A DNA stretch of 63,850 nt, the filler included, from Octopus bimaculoides (lineage: Eukaryota), in the NCBI RefSeq assembly GCF_001194135.2. It is 8 parts of 5 records of this genome, joined end to end, with 100 filler letters (N's around TTAATTAATTAA, not from the genome) between each part and the next. Parts side by side here need not be neighbours in the genome. Positions count along the whole stretch, not along the records: positions 61,762 to 63,850 come from NW_026307162.1; 7 more parts are not named here. One strand, given 5' to 3'. The notes below the pieces were generated by a model. It was not told where the DNA came from and did no database searches. It saw nothing but the letters and a program-made list of their open reading frames with translations. Shown piece after piece: positions 63,357 to 63,850 of this stretch (positions are counted from its first letter, which is position 1; each line of letters begins with the position of its first letter). A program made the position numbers and the translations under genes.

Positions 63357-63850
63357 GTATTCATCATCGCTGGCATGGGCTGGACGGTTTGACTGAGGAC
63401 TGGCAAACCAGGAGGCTGCACAAGGTTTTAATCTGATCTGGCAAAGTTTCTACAGCTGGATGCCATTCCTAATGCCAACCACTTCAAGAGTGTAATGGGT
63501 GCTTTTTACATTCCACCGGCACAGGGACTAGTCAGGCGGTACTTGCATCAACCACGCTTGAATGGTGGTTTTCACATGCCACTGGCACAGGAGCCTGACC
63601 GGCAACACTGGCATCGGCCACGTTTGAATGGTGCTTTTTATGTGCCATCAGCACAGGAGCCTGTCTGGCAACACTGACATCGACCACTACAGTGATTTTA
63701 CTTAATTCAATAGGTCTTCTCAAGCACAACATATCTCCAAAGGTCTTGGTCACTTGTCATTGCCTCAGTAAGGCCCAACATTCGAAGGTTGTGCTTCACT
63801 ATCTCATTCCAGGTCTTCCTGGGTCTACCTCTTCCACAAGTTCCTTCCAC
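63357..63850 (-). mobile_element. RTE-clade LINE 3' end
   Basis: Reverse GRGRPRKTW-encoding block at window end, ~66-bp tandem 3' UTR units, terminal CCAGCCCATGCCAGCGATGATG; same family as 14558-15508 and 19572-20675. Confidence 0.9.

Overview
Repeat-dense, gap-ridden draft eukaryotic sequence, most probably a coleoid cephalopod (Octopus-like; inferred from the tRNA-derived SINE families and microsatellite load). Seven artificial 100-bp linkers (N44-TTAATTAATTAA-N44) split the window into eight pieces whose true adjacency is not shown by the sequence. Host-gene content is sparse: one clear minus-strand coding exon of choline acetyltransferase (27013-27131, missed by the ORF track) and a few candidate exons of an unidentified gene near 61.9-62.7 kb. 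The rest is mobile DNA: at least five SINE-like families, RTE LINE fragments, a ~6 kb decayed Tx1/L1-type element (gag-knuckle ORF1; APE-RT-CCHC ORF2), several Penelope-like (PLE) RT/GIY-YIG remnants, Helitron derivatives, a mariner remnant and R4/Dong- and HERO-like 3' ends. The most interesting signals are four minimal type I hammerhead ribozyme motifs with self-complementary stem III, two of which form the inverted ends of a 606-bp insertion bounded by a 16-bp direct repeat in the presumed intron just upstream of the ChAT exon, and a fold-back of head-to-head telomeric repeats at 3.3-3.46 kb. Almost all long ORFs in the supplied track are N-run or microsatellite artefacts. Family assignments rest on motif recognition by eye; no database search was run.
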